Virus record (IMG/VR): IMGVR_UViG_2872180393_000002
Source: a virus
Lineage: Duplodnaviria; Heunggongvirae; Uroviricota; Caudoviricetes
DNA: 17,175 nt
Strand: one strand, 5' to 3'
The notes under the pieces are model-generated. The model searched no databases. It saw nothing but the letters and a program-made list of their open reading frames with translations, and was not told the origin of the DNA. Positions 7,902 to 15,954 of the stretch are shown here, one piece after another (positions within the stretch are counted from its first letter, which is position 1; the number at the start of each line of letters is the position of its first letter). A program made the translations under genes and the position numbers.

Positions 7902-8246
7902 TTATAAAAACGCGTCGCACTCGTCTGTTGTTATTGCGTTAGTCTGCGTTACCCCCTTAACTTTCCGCGTAATATATTCATGTCCGTAAACTTTTGCGGC
8001 AGGCTTCATAGCCTTGCCAAAGTCATTTACGTTTAGCGGTTTGCTCCTGCCTGCGTATGCCATAAACGCCAGATAGACGCGGTAAAGGCTGTTCCTGGTC
8101 GTGTACTTCACTGAATCACCACCGCCACCCATCATCAGGCCGCGCGCTTCCTCCAGAAAATTCAGGAACTGGCAAAACTCAATAACCGGATCCGTCTGTT
8201 GCTTTATTGCCAGTGCTTCATCACCGTCACGCTGTTCCAGTAGTAA
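7902..8246 (-). pseudogene. primase-helicase C-terminal fragment (about 115 codons, candidate origin-binding domain), cut off by IS600-like copy B
   Basis: Removing the IS and one TAA duplication joins this frame (LLLEQRDGDEALAIKQ...TTDECDAFL) in phase to the ORF at 9511-10923. Confidence 0.7.
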
Positions 8247-8289
8247 TGAGGTGTACTGGCAATAGCGGACACTACCATTTGTTCTTTTT

Positions 8290-9108
8290 TTAAGCAGCCA
8301 TCTGATGATATTTTTCCCTGAAGGCTGCCGGGGAGATATTCCCCAGACGAGAGTGACGACGCTGACGATTGTAGAAAATCTCAATGTATTCCCGTATTAC
8401 TGAGATGGCTTCATCCCGGTTATTAAAACGATAGTGGCTCAGGCTCTCATTTTTCAGCGTTCCCCAGAAGCTTTCCATCGGAGCGTTGTCGTAACAGTTA
8501 CCTTTACGCGACATTGATGTTTTCAGACCAAACTGCTCCTGTATGACCCGGTAATCGTATGCGCAGTACTGTGAACCTCGATCAGAGTGGTGGATTAGCC
8601 CGGCAGGTGGGCGCTGGCTCCTGAGCGCCATAAACAGGGCTTTACCTGTCAGCTCTTTTGTCATGCGCTCTCCCATGGCGTAGCCGACAATTTCGCACGT
8701 ATAAACATCTTTGATGCCAGCTAGGTACAACCATCCCTCCTGTGTGGCAACATACGTCAGGTCCGCCACCCAGACCTGATTTGGTGCTGTAGGAGCGAAC
8801 GTCTGGTTCAGCAGATTTGGCGCAACTGGCAGATTGTGGTTCGGGTTCGTAGTCGCTCTGAACTTGCGTTTCTGCTTACAGCGTAGCCTTAGCTCCTTAC
8901 GAAGACGTGCCAGTCGGTCACGACCAACGATGATGCCATTCTCTGCCAGCTCCGTCTGGAGCCGCCGGGTTCCATATGTTTCGCGAGTGCGGATATGTGC
9001 CACCTTAATCTCCAGTTTTAGCCGCTCATCACTTTGTTTTCTGTCTGAGGGTTCATGCTGTACCCGGTTGTAATAACCGCTCCTGGATACACCAAATACC
9101 TGACACAT
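8290..9108 (-). CDS. IS3-family OrfB (DDE), copy B
   Basis: Matches copy A except for point differences (W to R near the N-terminus, D to A, H to Q near the C-terminus). Confidence 0.9.
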   Translation of the reverse strand: MCQVFGVSRSGYYNRVQHEPSDRKQSDERLKLEIKVAHIRTRETYGTRRLQTELAENGIIVGRDRLARLRKELRLRCKQKRKFRATTNPNHNLPVAPNLLNQTFAPTAPNQVWVADLTYVATQEGWLYLAGIKDVYTCEIVGYAMGERMTKELTGKALFMALRSQRPPAGLIHHSDRGSQYCAYDYRVIQEQFGLKTSMSRKGNCYDNAPMESFWGTLKNESLSHYRFNNRDEAISVIREYIEIFYNRQRRHSRLGNISPAAFREKYHQMAA

Positions 9109-9143
9109 CGCTTCAATGGGAAATTGTTGTCGCCATTGTTCGA

Positions 9144-9446
9144 TTAACGCGTATTTTTCAGCGACTCCTGTGCAAAATACGCTGTTGCTTTTTTTAATAT
9201 ATCTCGCTCAAGGCGAGCTTCATTTAACGCCTTACGCAGTTGCAGAATTTCAGATTCCAGTTCAGCCACCGTGCGGGAACCAGGAGTACCGAGCCCTTTT
9301 CTGGCGGCGGTAACCCATTGTCCTAAAGTGCCTTCAGGAAGGGATAATCGGGAAGCGCCTTCACTGATCGAAAGTTGATTTTCAAGAACCGTTCTGACAG
9401 CTTCGGCTTTGAACTCTTTAGAGTAACGTTGGGTTTTTCTGCTCAT
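9144..9446 (-). CDS. IS3-family OrfA, copy B
   Basis: Identical to OrfA of copy A. Confidence 0.9.
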   Translation of the reverse strand: MSRKTQRYSKEFKAEAVRTVLENQLSISEGASRLSLPEGTLGQWVTAARKGLGTPGSRTVAELESEILQLRKALNEARLERDILKKATAYFAQESLKNTR

Positions 9447-9507
9447 TATTAGCTCCTTCTGATGCCATTCTATTTCAGGAAGGAGTGTCCGTTAAACTCA
9501 GGCTACC

Positions 9508-10923
9508 TCATAAAGCCCGTGCCTTCTCAGGGTCGGTAAAGTTCGCCAGCAATCGGCGGATAATAACGGGGATTTCAGCCGCAATCTTTTCCGGTAGCTC
9601 CCTGTCTTTTTCGGCCTCACTGACGATATTGTCGAAACGGAAAATCACGCGACGACGTGCCACACCTCCGGCCCGTTCGGTGAATATCATCGGGTTGTTG
9701 TCGGTCGCCAGCACCACCGCCCTGATTACCGCCGTGAAACGCTTTTCATATTTCGGGTTAATTTCCACGGGGTCGCCGCCCGTGATTTTCTTGATGCCCG
9801 TTCCTTCGCCTGTATATTTCGGCTGGTCAGCCAGGACGATAAGACGACTCCCGACAACCTGCGCACGTCCACCAGCATCATCAAGCGATGTCATTTCAGC
9901 GCTTACCGTGTTCTGTTTCCCTGCCAGAAGGCTGGCTATGTGTGTGAATGTACTTTTACCGCTCCCGCCGTCTCCGGTGGCCTCAATAAACATCTGCCAG
10001 TCGTACCGGTTCGCCATAATCATGTAAAGCGCGGCACATATGCGCATCATCTTGCGCGGGTCTTTTCCGGCTGCGTGATCAAGCCATTTATGAAAGTTTG
10101 GCGCGTTGTCGCGGATATTCTCCCCTGGTGCTGGTGGCGTGTACTCAATGCCGTTGTGCGTGGTGATCCAGTTCTCCGGCGTGTGCGGGGAAAATTCCCC
10201 CGTTTTCAGGTTAAGCACACCATTAGTGAACGGTAGCAAATCACTGGACGGCTCGCCCATCGGGTCAGCAATAACTTTTAACGCTTCAACGGCGTTATTA
10301 ATTGCCCGCTTGCTGAATGTGGCCCCGTGTTCTGAATAAACCGCCACCATTTCGCGGCTCAGTTCCATTGTGCTGACCGGACACCATATCCCGCCGCGCC
10401 ATACGTGAACGATTTCACTTTCCGGATGCACACAAACGCCATCAAATCGACCAGCAAGCATCTGTGCGCGCTCACTGTCTGCCATCTGCGAAAGTTGCGC
10501 CTTTTGCTTTACCGGAAGCTCAATGACCAGACCATCAGAAAGATTCTGGCGTTCACGGGCCAGATATTCGCGCCAGTTCTGCACCTCCTGGCCGTGCATA
10601 CCCTCAAGATAAAAATTTGCATCCTGTACACCTGCCGCCGCCAGCTTCTGACCAATCGCCTTGATCATTACAGGCTCAAGATGTCCGGCTCTGTATATGC
10701 GTGCTGATTTTCTGCCATCCGGCACAATTTGCAGATTATCCAGTTCGGATAGCTGCTGCTCTCCAAGCCACACAGGAGGCTCATTATCTCCGGCTGTACG
10801 CGCGTCATGTTCCTGCCACTGTTTCGCGTGTGCCCAGGCATCACTACCCGCAAAGATAATTACCTCTGTGTCTTTGTGTTTTATTCCGCGTGGCTGTTTT
10901 TTTACGTTCGGTGCCAGTTTCAT
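9508..10923 (-). pseudogene. replication protein: N-terminal primase-associated region, D5_N-like region and SF3 (P4-alpha / D5-type) helicase with Walker A GDGGSGKST; truncated, with its stop codon supplied by the IS end
   Basis: Walker A and downstream SF3 motifs. The stop TGA is the complement of the terminal TCA of the IS at 9508-9510. Confidence 0.8.
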
Positions 10924-11057
10924 TTTTTACCCCTGAATACGTTAAGCATCTTTTTTATTTCCTGAATATTGGCGCGTGCTTTCTCCCTGCTGGTGGGCAC
11001 GTTACGCGGTACGGCCTGCACAAGAGAAAAATCACGGTCGAACTGATAAACAGGCAT
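10920..11057 (-). CDS. hypothetical 45-aa protein, translationally coupled to the primase-helicase (ATGA overlap)
   Basis: Open frame MPVYQFDRDF...; its stop overlaps the primase ATG. Below the ORF track's length cutoff. Confidence 0.3.
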   Translation of the reverse strand: MPVYQFDRDFSLVQAVPRNVPTSREKARANIQEIKKMLNVFRGKK

Positions 11058-11069
11058 CACGCAATCATA

Positions 11070-11219
11070 TTAGTAGCCTTCACGACGGTAGGTTACGCGC
11101 CGTTCCTCCACGCCCTTAATTATTACCGTGCCGCCGTACTTATCGCGGTAAATATCCCCGCGCATGAATTTAGTGCGAGTTTTGCCGCTGGCAGTTAAGC
11201 CAGGATATTTAAGTTTCAT
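11070..11219 (-). CDS. hypothetical 49-aa basic protein
   Basis: Open frame MKLKYPGLTASGKTRTKF... with a GGAG RBS. Sits in the operon between the 77-aa gene and the primase. Confidence 0.3.
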   Translation of the reverse strand: MKLKYPGLTASGKTRTKFMRGDIYRDKYGGTVIIKGVEERRVTYRREGY

Positions 11220-11224
11220 TATTT

Positions 11225-11458
11225 TTATTCTCCGGTGTGGGGCGCTTTATACTGGTCGTGTAATGTCTCTATTTCCTGCAACTCATTTATTACAGGCTCA
11301 AGAAGCGTTATTAATGCCGTGACAATCCTTGATTTCTGTTTATCACGCTCATTATCGCCAAATGTTTCCAGACACATTTGCAATATTTCCAACATATTTT
11401 CACTGTGAGAAAGTGCAAGAAATGCGCGGTCTGTTATTTCAATGTAAATATCACGCAT
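11225..11458 (-). CDS. hypothetical acidic 77-aa protein, first gene of the replication operon
   Basis: Bounded ORF with an upstream in-frame stop at 11471-11473 and a GGGG RBS. No family recognised. Confidence 0.45.
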   Translation of the reverse strand: MRDIYIEITDRAFLALSHSENMLEILQMCLETFGDNERDKQKSRIVTALITLLEPVINELQEIETLHDQYKAPHTGE

Positions 11459-11495
11459 AACCCCGTTACTTTATTCGTACCTCTTATAATGGGGT

Positions 11496-11691
11496 GTTAG
11501 CCAGCCAGACCCGGCATGATTACTGCCCCCAGTCGTCCATGATCCGGGGGGTGATGTCACCGGGTCTGGTGGGGCGCTGGTAACCGCTAATAGGGGTCAG
11601 GTCAGGCACTTTTGCCGGGACCGTCTGTAACGTGGATGCCGGTACCTGCTCCCCGTGGTTATCTGGTTAACCCATATACAAGGGAGACAGA
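11496..11691 (+). ncRNA. candidate IS110-type guide (bridge) RNA in the non-coding left end
   Basis: About 200 nt of structured non-coding DNA 5' of the recombinase gene, with a 10-bp stem CCAGACCCGG (11505-11514) / CCGGGTCTGG (11560-11569) and internal repeats. Based on position and structure only. Confidence 0.3.
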
Positions 11692-12915
11692 ATGACCGAA
11701 TCCAGCGATTACGAATCCGTCCAGGTCTTTATCGGCGTTGATGTCGGTAAAGATACGCATCACGCTGTTGCCATTAATCGTTCAGGTAAACGCCTGTTCG
11801 ATAAAGCATTACCCAACGACGAAAACAAACTCAGGTCGCTAATATCTGACCTGAAACAACATGGTCAGATACTTCTGGTTGTTGATCAGCCAGCTACCAT
11901 CGGTGCGTTACCTGTCGCCGTTGCCCGCTCAGAAGGAGTCCTTGTCGGATACCTCCCTGGACTGGCCATGCGCCGCATAGCCGACTTACACGCCGGTGAA
12001 GCTAAAACTGATGCTCGTGACGCTGCCATCATTGCCGAAGCTGCCCGTACCCTGCCTCACGCGCTACGCACGCTGAAACTGGCTGACGAGCAAATCGCCG
12101 AACTCTCCATGCTCTGCGGCTTCGATGATGATCTTGCCGCACAGACAACGCAGGCCAGCAACCGTATCCGCGGCCTTCTGACCCAGATACATCCGGCACT
12201 GGAGCGCGTTCTCGGTCCGAGACTTGAGCACCCGGCGGTACTCGATCTTCTCCAGCGATATCCCTCACCAGAAAAACTCGCTTCGCTGGGTGAGAAGAAG
12301 CTGGCAGCCCAGCTCTGCAAACTTGCGCCTCGTCTGGGTAAACGCCTTGCAGCAGACATAGCTCAGGCACTGGCCGAACAAACCGTCGTCGTTCCCGGCA
12401 CGAATGCCGCTGCCGTAGTACTGCCACGTCTGGCACTCCAGCTCATCACGCTGCGTAAGCAAAGAGACGAGGTGGCGCTTGAGGTAGAACAGCGAGTTCT
12501 TGCTCACCCTCTTTACCCGGTCCTGACCAGTATGCCCGGAGTCGGTGTCAGGACCGCAGCCAGACTCCTCACCGAGGTCGCCTGCCGCGCCTTCGCCTCT
12601 GCCGCACATCTCGCTGCTTATGCTGGCCTTGCGCCGGTAACTCGGCGATCCGGCTCGTCAATACGCGGTGAGCATCCCTCGCGACGGGGTAATAAAGCTC
12701 TCAAACGGGCGTTGTTCCTGTCGGCCTTCGCCGCGCTCAGGGATCCGCTCTCCAGGGCTTACTACACCCGCAAAATGAGTCAGGGAAAACGACACAATCA
12801 GGCGCTTATCGCCCTGGCGAATACGGGCCGCGAATACAGCAACACAACCGGACGGGCAATGGTTACGCGCTTCGCGTTCAGTCCAGGCGGTGACGTGGAT
12901 GATTTGGGACTCTGA
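11692..12915 (+). CDS. IS110-family recombinase/transposase (N-terminal DEDD RuvC-like domain, C-terminal Tnp domain), 407 aa
   Basis: N-terminal IGVDVGKDTHH motif, helix-hairpin-helix MPGVGVRTAARLL, and C-terminal RRSGSSIRGEH..ALKRALFLSAF serine motif. AGGGAG RBS. Confidence 0.9.
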   Translation: MTESSDYESVQVFIGVDVGKDTHHAVAINRSGKRLFDKALPNDENKLRSLISDLKQHGQILLVVDQPATIGALPVAVARSEGVLVGYLPGLAMRRIADLHAGEAKTDARDAAIIAEAARTLPHALRTLKLADEQIAELSMLCGFDDDLAAQTTQASNRIRGLLTQIHPALERVLGPRLEHPAVLDLLQRYPSPEKLASLGEKKLAAQLCKLAPRLGKRLAADIAQALAEQTVVVPGTNAAAVVLPRLALQLITLRKQRDEVALEVEQRVLAHPLYPVLTSMPGVGVRTAARLLTEVACRAFASAAHLAAYAGLAPVTRRSGSSIRGEHPSRRGNKALKRALFLSAFAALRDPLSRAYYTRKMSQGKRHNQALIALANTGREYSNTTGRAMVTRFAFSPGGDVDDLGL

Positions 12916-13149
12916 CGCACCAAAGGCGATAAAGCGCCAGAGAAAGGCGGTTTGAGAATGTACAAGGGTAGGGGTAGTAGCCATGTCGGCAGCCTCCTTG
13001 ATTGATGGAATGTAACCACCGCCGGAGGTCCTAAGCTCGCTGGCGGTGGACTGTACAGGGTTAGGACTACTGGCAATCAAGGGAACCAGCCTACCCGAAG
13101 GTAGCCCCATACAGCCCACCATTGTATAGGTGTGCGTGTGCGTCGATAC

Positions 13150-13171
13150 AAAAAAAGACGCGTGCGGCGTC
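13150..13171 (-). terminator. candidate rho-independent terminator on the minus strand inside a roughly 500-bp non-coding, structured region
   Basis: Hairpin GACGC-gtgcg-GCGTC at 13157-13171, preceded on the plus strand by A7 (13150-13156), which is a U7 tail on the minus strand. Confidence 0.3.
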
Positions 13172-13432
13172 TGTATCGCCTCGATTGTCAGCGGGGTCCT
13201 AATCCCGGCACCCGTTTTATAAGGTGCACGCGAATCATAGCCTTGGCTGGCAGTGGCGATCAACTGGTTTTTCATACCCGCTTTATTCAGGTTGTGCGAG
13301 TCCCGCCCTTGCAGGTGTGTGGTATGATTTAACATAGCTACCTCGATACTGTTGCTATCGTTGGTGGTTAGACGCCCTGCATGTGTTGCGAGCACTGCGG
13401 GGCGTTGCTTAATTTGAGTGACAAAACTCAAA

Positions 13433-13512
13433 CTGCGCGCACAGATTAAAATCATGTGTGCGCACATGTCAATACTTAACATCTCATTTTTTTTGCTGTA
13501 TTGTGTGCGCCC
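13433..13512. promoter_or_regulatory. cluster of TGTGCGCAC-type palindromic operator-like sites upstream of the 65-aa gene
   Basis: CTGCGCGCACAG at 13433-13444, near-palindrome CATGTGTGCGCACATG at 13453-13468, and TTGTGTGCGCCC at 13501-13512. Confidence 0.4.
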
Positions 13513-13540
13513 ATAAAGTCCATTTAAGTGAGGTGCATCA

Positions 13541-13738
13541 ATGTCTAGCGGTAACACAAACAACAAATCAGCAAAGAAAAATATTCGATTCCCACATGAG
13601 CTTATAGATGGGGTTTATGCCAGCGTTGAACAAGAAAAATTAACTAATCCTAGTGCTAATTTTTCCGCATGGGTCTTAGATGCCTGTGGACGCAAATTAA
13701 AATATGAACAGCGCCGGAAGGCCAAAGAATCAGAATAA
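13541..13738 (+). CDS. small 65-aa DNA-binding-like protein (ribbon-helix-helix-like pattern); candidate regulator
   Basis: GTGAGG RBS 7 nt upstream. The pattern KNIRFPHELIDGV followed by two predicted helices resembles RHH regulators. Assigned by eye only. Confidence 0.45.
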   Translation: MSSGNTNNKSAKKNIRFPHELIDGVYASVEQEKLTNPSANFSAWVLDACGRKLKYEQRRKAKESE

Positions 13739-13762
13739 TCACTATCAGCGCCGTGGCGTGAG

Positions 13763-13975
13763 GTGCTACGGCGCATTGCTTTACAGGTACACACAATGAC
13801 CAACAAAGAATCAACCAATACACCATCGCAAAAAACGAACAGAGAGCACGAAAATATGGCGCTCGAGCATGAATCAGAAAGATTCGCACCATGTGCTTTT
13901 GCCCTTGAGCAATTCCTTAAAGAGTACAGGGAAACGCGCTCATTGCAGGTATGGCAACGAACTGAACCAGCCTGA
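13763..13975 (+). CDS. hypothetical protein of 59-70 aa (likely start MTNKES..)
   Basis: Open frame downstream of the 65-aa gene, convergent with alpA. No family recognised. Confidence 0.3.
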   Translation: MLRRIALQVHTMTNKESTNTPSQKTNREHENMALEHESERFAPCAFALEQFLKEYRETRSLQVWQRTEPA

Positions 13976-14048
13976 TAGCGTCTATCATCCCCGTGCTTAT
14001 GTTTGGGATCACATACACATAAGGCGCAGCGGGTTAATTGTTCAGAAA

Positions 14049-14076
14049 GGCGGCTCCATATCGGGGCCGCTTTTTT
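14049..14076 (+). terminator. weak candidate terminator for the plus-strand small genes
   Basis: 5-bp stem GCGGC/GCCGC around an 11-nt loop, followed by T6 (14071-14076). Confidence 0.25.
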
Positions 14077-14102
14077 CGTGTTTGTCATATCTGTGATACC
14101 CG

Positions 14103-14309
14103 TTAAGCAGCCGTTCCGCGTGCTTCCTGTTCGCGTTCTTTCTGCCAGGCCAACACATCATCCTCATACCATCCGCGACGGCGTAAACCAACGCGAAAAC
14201 CCTGCGGAAATTCTCCGGCGTTGATCATGCTTTGCAGCGTGCTGTCTGCCTTGATGTGGATAATTTTTTTTACTTCCTGGCGAAAGATAATTTTTCTGAT
14301 TGCTTCCAT
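14103..14309 (-). CDS. alpA: AlpA-family transcriptional regulator / excisionase-like protein (68 aa)
   Basis: Size, position next to a P4-type integrase, and the motif pattern (IHIKADSTLQSMINAGEFPQGFRVGLRRRGWYEDDVLAWQ) typical of the phage AlpA DNA-binding domain. Confidence 0.75.
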   Translation of the reverse strand: MEAIRKIIFRQEVKKIIHIKADSTLQSMINAGEFPQGFRVGLRRRGWYEDDVLAWQKEREQEARGTAA

Positions 14310-14421
14310 CGTGATTTACCTTGTGAATCCGGTGTATTCCGGTGACAAATACGGTAAATCATCGGATATGGGTAAAAACAGTTCCCACCGTTTTTATATT
14401 GATGATTTGAAATGGAATTAT

Positions 14422-14444
14422 AAAAAAAGCGGCATTTCTGCCGC
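14422..14444 (-). terminator. rho-independent terminator between the 83-aa ORF and alpA
   Basis: Hairpin GCGGCA-tttc-TGCCGC at 14429-14444, preceded on the plus strand by A7 (14422-14428), which is a U7 tail on the minus strand. Confidence 0.6.
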
Positions 14445-14455
14445 TTCCAGGATTG

Positions 14456-14707
14456 TTACCGCCATTTTTGGGGCCTGCCTCCGATCTTCATAGATGCCGG
14501 ACGTACGACCTTATCAATACTTACCGCCAGATTTCTGGAAGCGCCACGGGATACCAGAAAATCTACTACCTGTTTTTTTGATGGGGCCGTCGTTCTGTCC
14601 TCCGGATCGTAGGTTGACCAAAATTCATGCTGAACCATCAGGGCCAGTTGCAGCCCGTCGCAATTGCATCTGATATTTTTTTGCATCTTAACGGTTTCAT
14701 GTTTCAC
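14456..14707 (-). CDS. hypothetical 83-aa protein between int and alpA
   Basis: Open frame ended by the terminator above. No family recognised. Confidence 0.35.
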   Translation of the reverse strand: MKHETVKMQKNIRCNCDGLQLALMVQHEFWSTYDPEDRTTAPSKKQVVDFLVSRGASRNLAVSIDKVVRPASMKIGGRPQKWR

Positions 14708-14784
14708 GGCCTTGTCGTTAAATTTGATGCAATTATACGATGGTTTTACATGGTTTTCGTAGTTTTTACTGGTTTTCTGTACAG

Positions 14785-15552
14785 CTACACGGCTCGGATA
14801 CCCCTTTTACCACTGGCGAGGGTTACGCCCGTCGCCGCAGCCTCGACAAATTCGCCCCACCAGCGCATCAGCACGATGCGTTTTTCTATGTAGTTGCTCC
14901 GGTTGTATGCCCGTCTAACTTCGTTGGTGTCGACGTGGGCAAGTGCCGCCTCTATTACGTCCGGCTCGAATCCTTCCTCGTTCGCTGCTGTGCTGAATAT
15001 GGCGCGTAATCCATGAGACACCAGCACGCCAGCGAATCCCATACGCTGCAATGCTGCGTTAGCGGTCTGGCTGTTCATCGGCTGCTGTGGGTCTTTCAGA
15101 CTTGGGAAAACGTAATTGCGGTGGTGGCTGATTGGTTTCATGGCCTCCAGCACCGCCATAGCCTGACCGGAAAGCGGGATAACGTGATCCCTGCGCATCT
15201 TCATGCGTCCTGCAGGTATCGTCCATTGCTTCGCGTCCAGGTTGATTTCATCCCACCGCGTTGATGACGCTTCGGCGGGACGGGTTACGGTCAGTAACTG
15301 CCATTCAATCAGTAATCTGGTCTGCCGTTCTGTTGCCGATACTGATAAAGCCTGCATAAGCTCCGGCAGCTGTTCGGGGCGGATTGTTGGCATATGTTTT
15401 TTTACAGGTGAGGGAAACGCCTTACGCACATTCATAGCCGGATTGGCATCAATCAGCCCACTGTTGGCGGCGTAATCCATTACCTCATTAACGCGCTGTA
15501 AAACCCGCTTGAGTGTTTCCAGGTTGCCGCGCTCCTTGATGGGTGTAAGCAC
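14785..15552 (-). pseudogene. int: tyrosine integrase (P4-type), C-terminal catalytic part; gene interrupted by IS600-like copy C
   Basis: Catalytic-domain motifs HGLRAIFST (H-x-x-R) and RAYNRSNY (tyrosine nucleophile). The 5' end abuts the IS at 15552/15553. Confidence 0.85.
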
Positions 15553-15616
15553 TGAGGTAGCCTGAGTTTAACGGACACTCCTTCCTGAAATAGAATGGCA
15601 TCAGAAGGAGCTAATA

Positions 15617-15919
15617 ATGAGCAGAAAAACCCAACGTTACTCTAAAGAGTTCAAAGCCGAAGCTGTCAGAACGGTTCTTGAAAATCAACTTTCGATCAGT
15701 GAAGGCGCTTCCCGATTATCCCTTCCTGAAGGCACTTTAGGACAATGGGTTACCGCCGCCAGAAAAGGGCTCGGTACTCCTGGTTCCCGCACGGTGGCTG
15801 AACTGGAATCTGAAATTCTGCAACTGCGTAAGGCGTTAAATGAAGCTCGCCTTGAGCGAGATATATTAAAAAAAGCAACAGCGTATTTTGCACAGGAGTC
15901 GCTGAAAAATACGCGTTAA
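15617..15919 (+). CDS. IS3-family OrfA, copy C
   Basis: Identical to OrfA of copies A and B. Confidence 0.9.
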   Translation: MSRKTQRYSKEFKAEAVRTVLENQLSISEGASRLSLPEGTLGQWVTAARKGLGTPGSRTVAELESEILQLRKALNEARLERDILKKATAYFAQESLKNTR

Positions 15920-15954
15920 TCGAACAATGGCGACAACAATTTCCCATTGAAGCG

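Larger units (their letters stand above)
8247..9510 (-). mobile_element. IS3-family insertion sequence, IS600-like, copy B, 1264 bp, 3-bp target duplication TAA
   Basis: Same ends as copy A in reverse orientation. TAA is repeated at 8244-8246 and 9511-9513. Confidence 0.9.
11478..13020 (+). mobile_element. IS110-family insertion sequence; both boundaries approximate (uncertain by roughly 50-100 bp)
   Basis: Single DEDD/Tnp recombinase gene and no terminal inverted repeats, as expected for the family. A perfect TATAAT at 11485-11490 fits the family pattern of a -10 box at the left end. The right end is inferred only from typical element size. Confidence 0.5.

Noticed and set aside
7902-8384. 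160-aa ORF as an independent gene
   Set aside because: It is a chimera: IS end read-through fused to the stranded C-terminus of the primase-helicase.
9485-10936. Plus-strand ORFs antisense to the primase-helicase (9485-10027, 9940-10236, 10106-10339, 10405-10707, 10661-10936) and minus-strand 10668-10853
   Set aside because: They overlap a gene with clear Walker A / SF3 motifs and are low-complexity with no motif.
12029-13566. Minus-strand ORFs overlapping the IS110 recombinase (12029-12436, 12057-12359, 12265-12609, 12658-13566, 12798-13076) and plus-strand 13132-13332
   Set aside because: Antisense to a recombinase with clear catalytic motifs. The 302-aa frame is open across a terminator-like hairpin and is compositionally odd.
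13615-14088. 157-aa minus-strand ORF (Cys-rich)
   Set aside because: It overlaps both plus-strand small genes, is low-complexity, and has no ribosome-binding site.
14221-15475. Plus-strand ORFs 14221-14493, 14627-14893, 14740-15009, 15013-15264, 15203-15475
   Set aside because: Antisense to the integrase catalytic domain or to the terminator/alpA region. No support.
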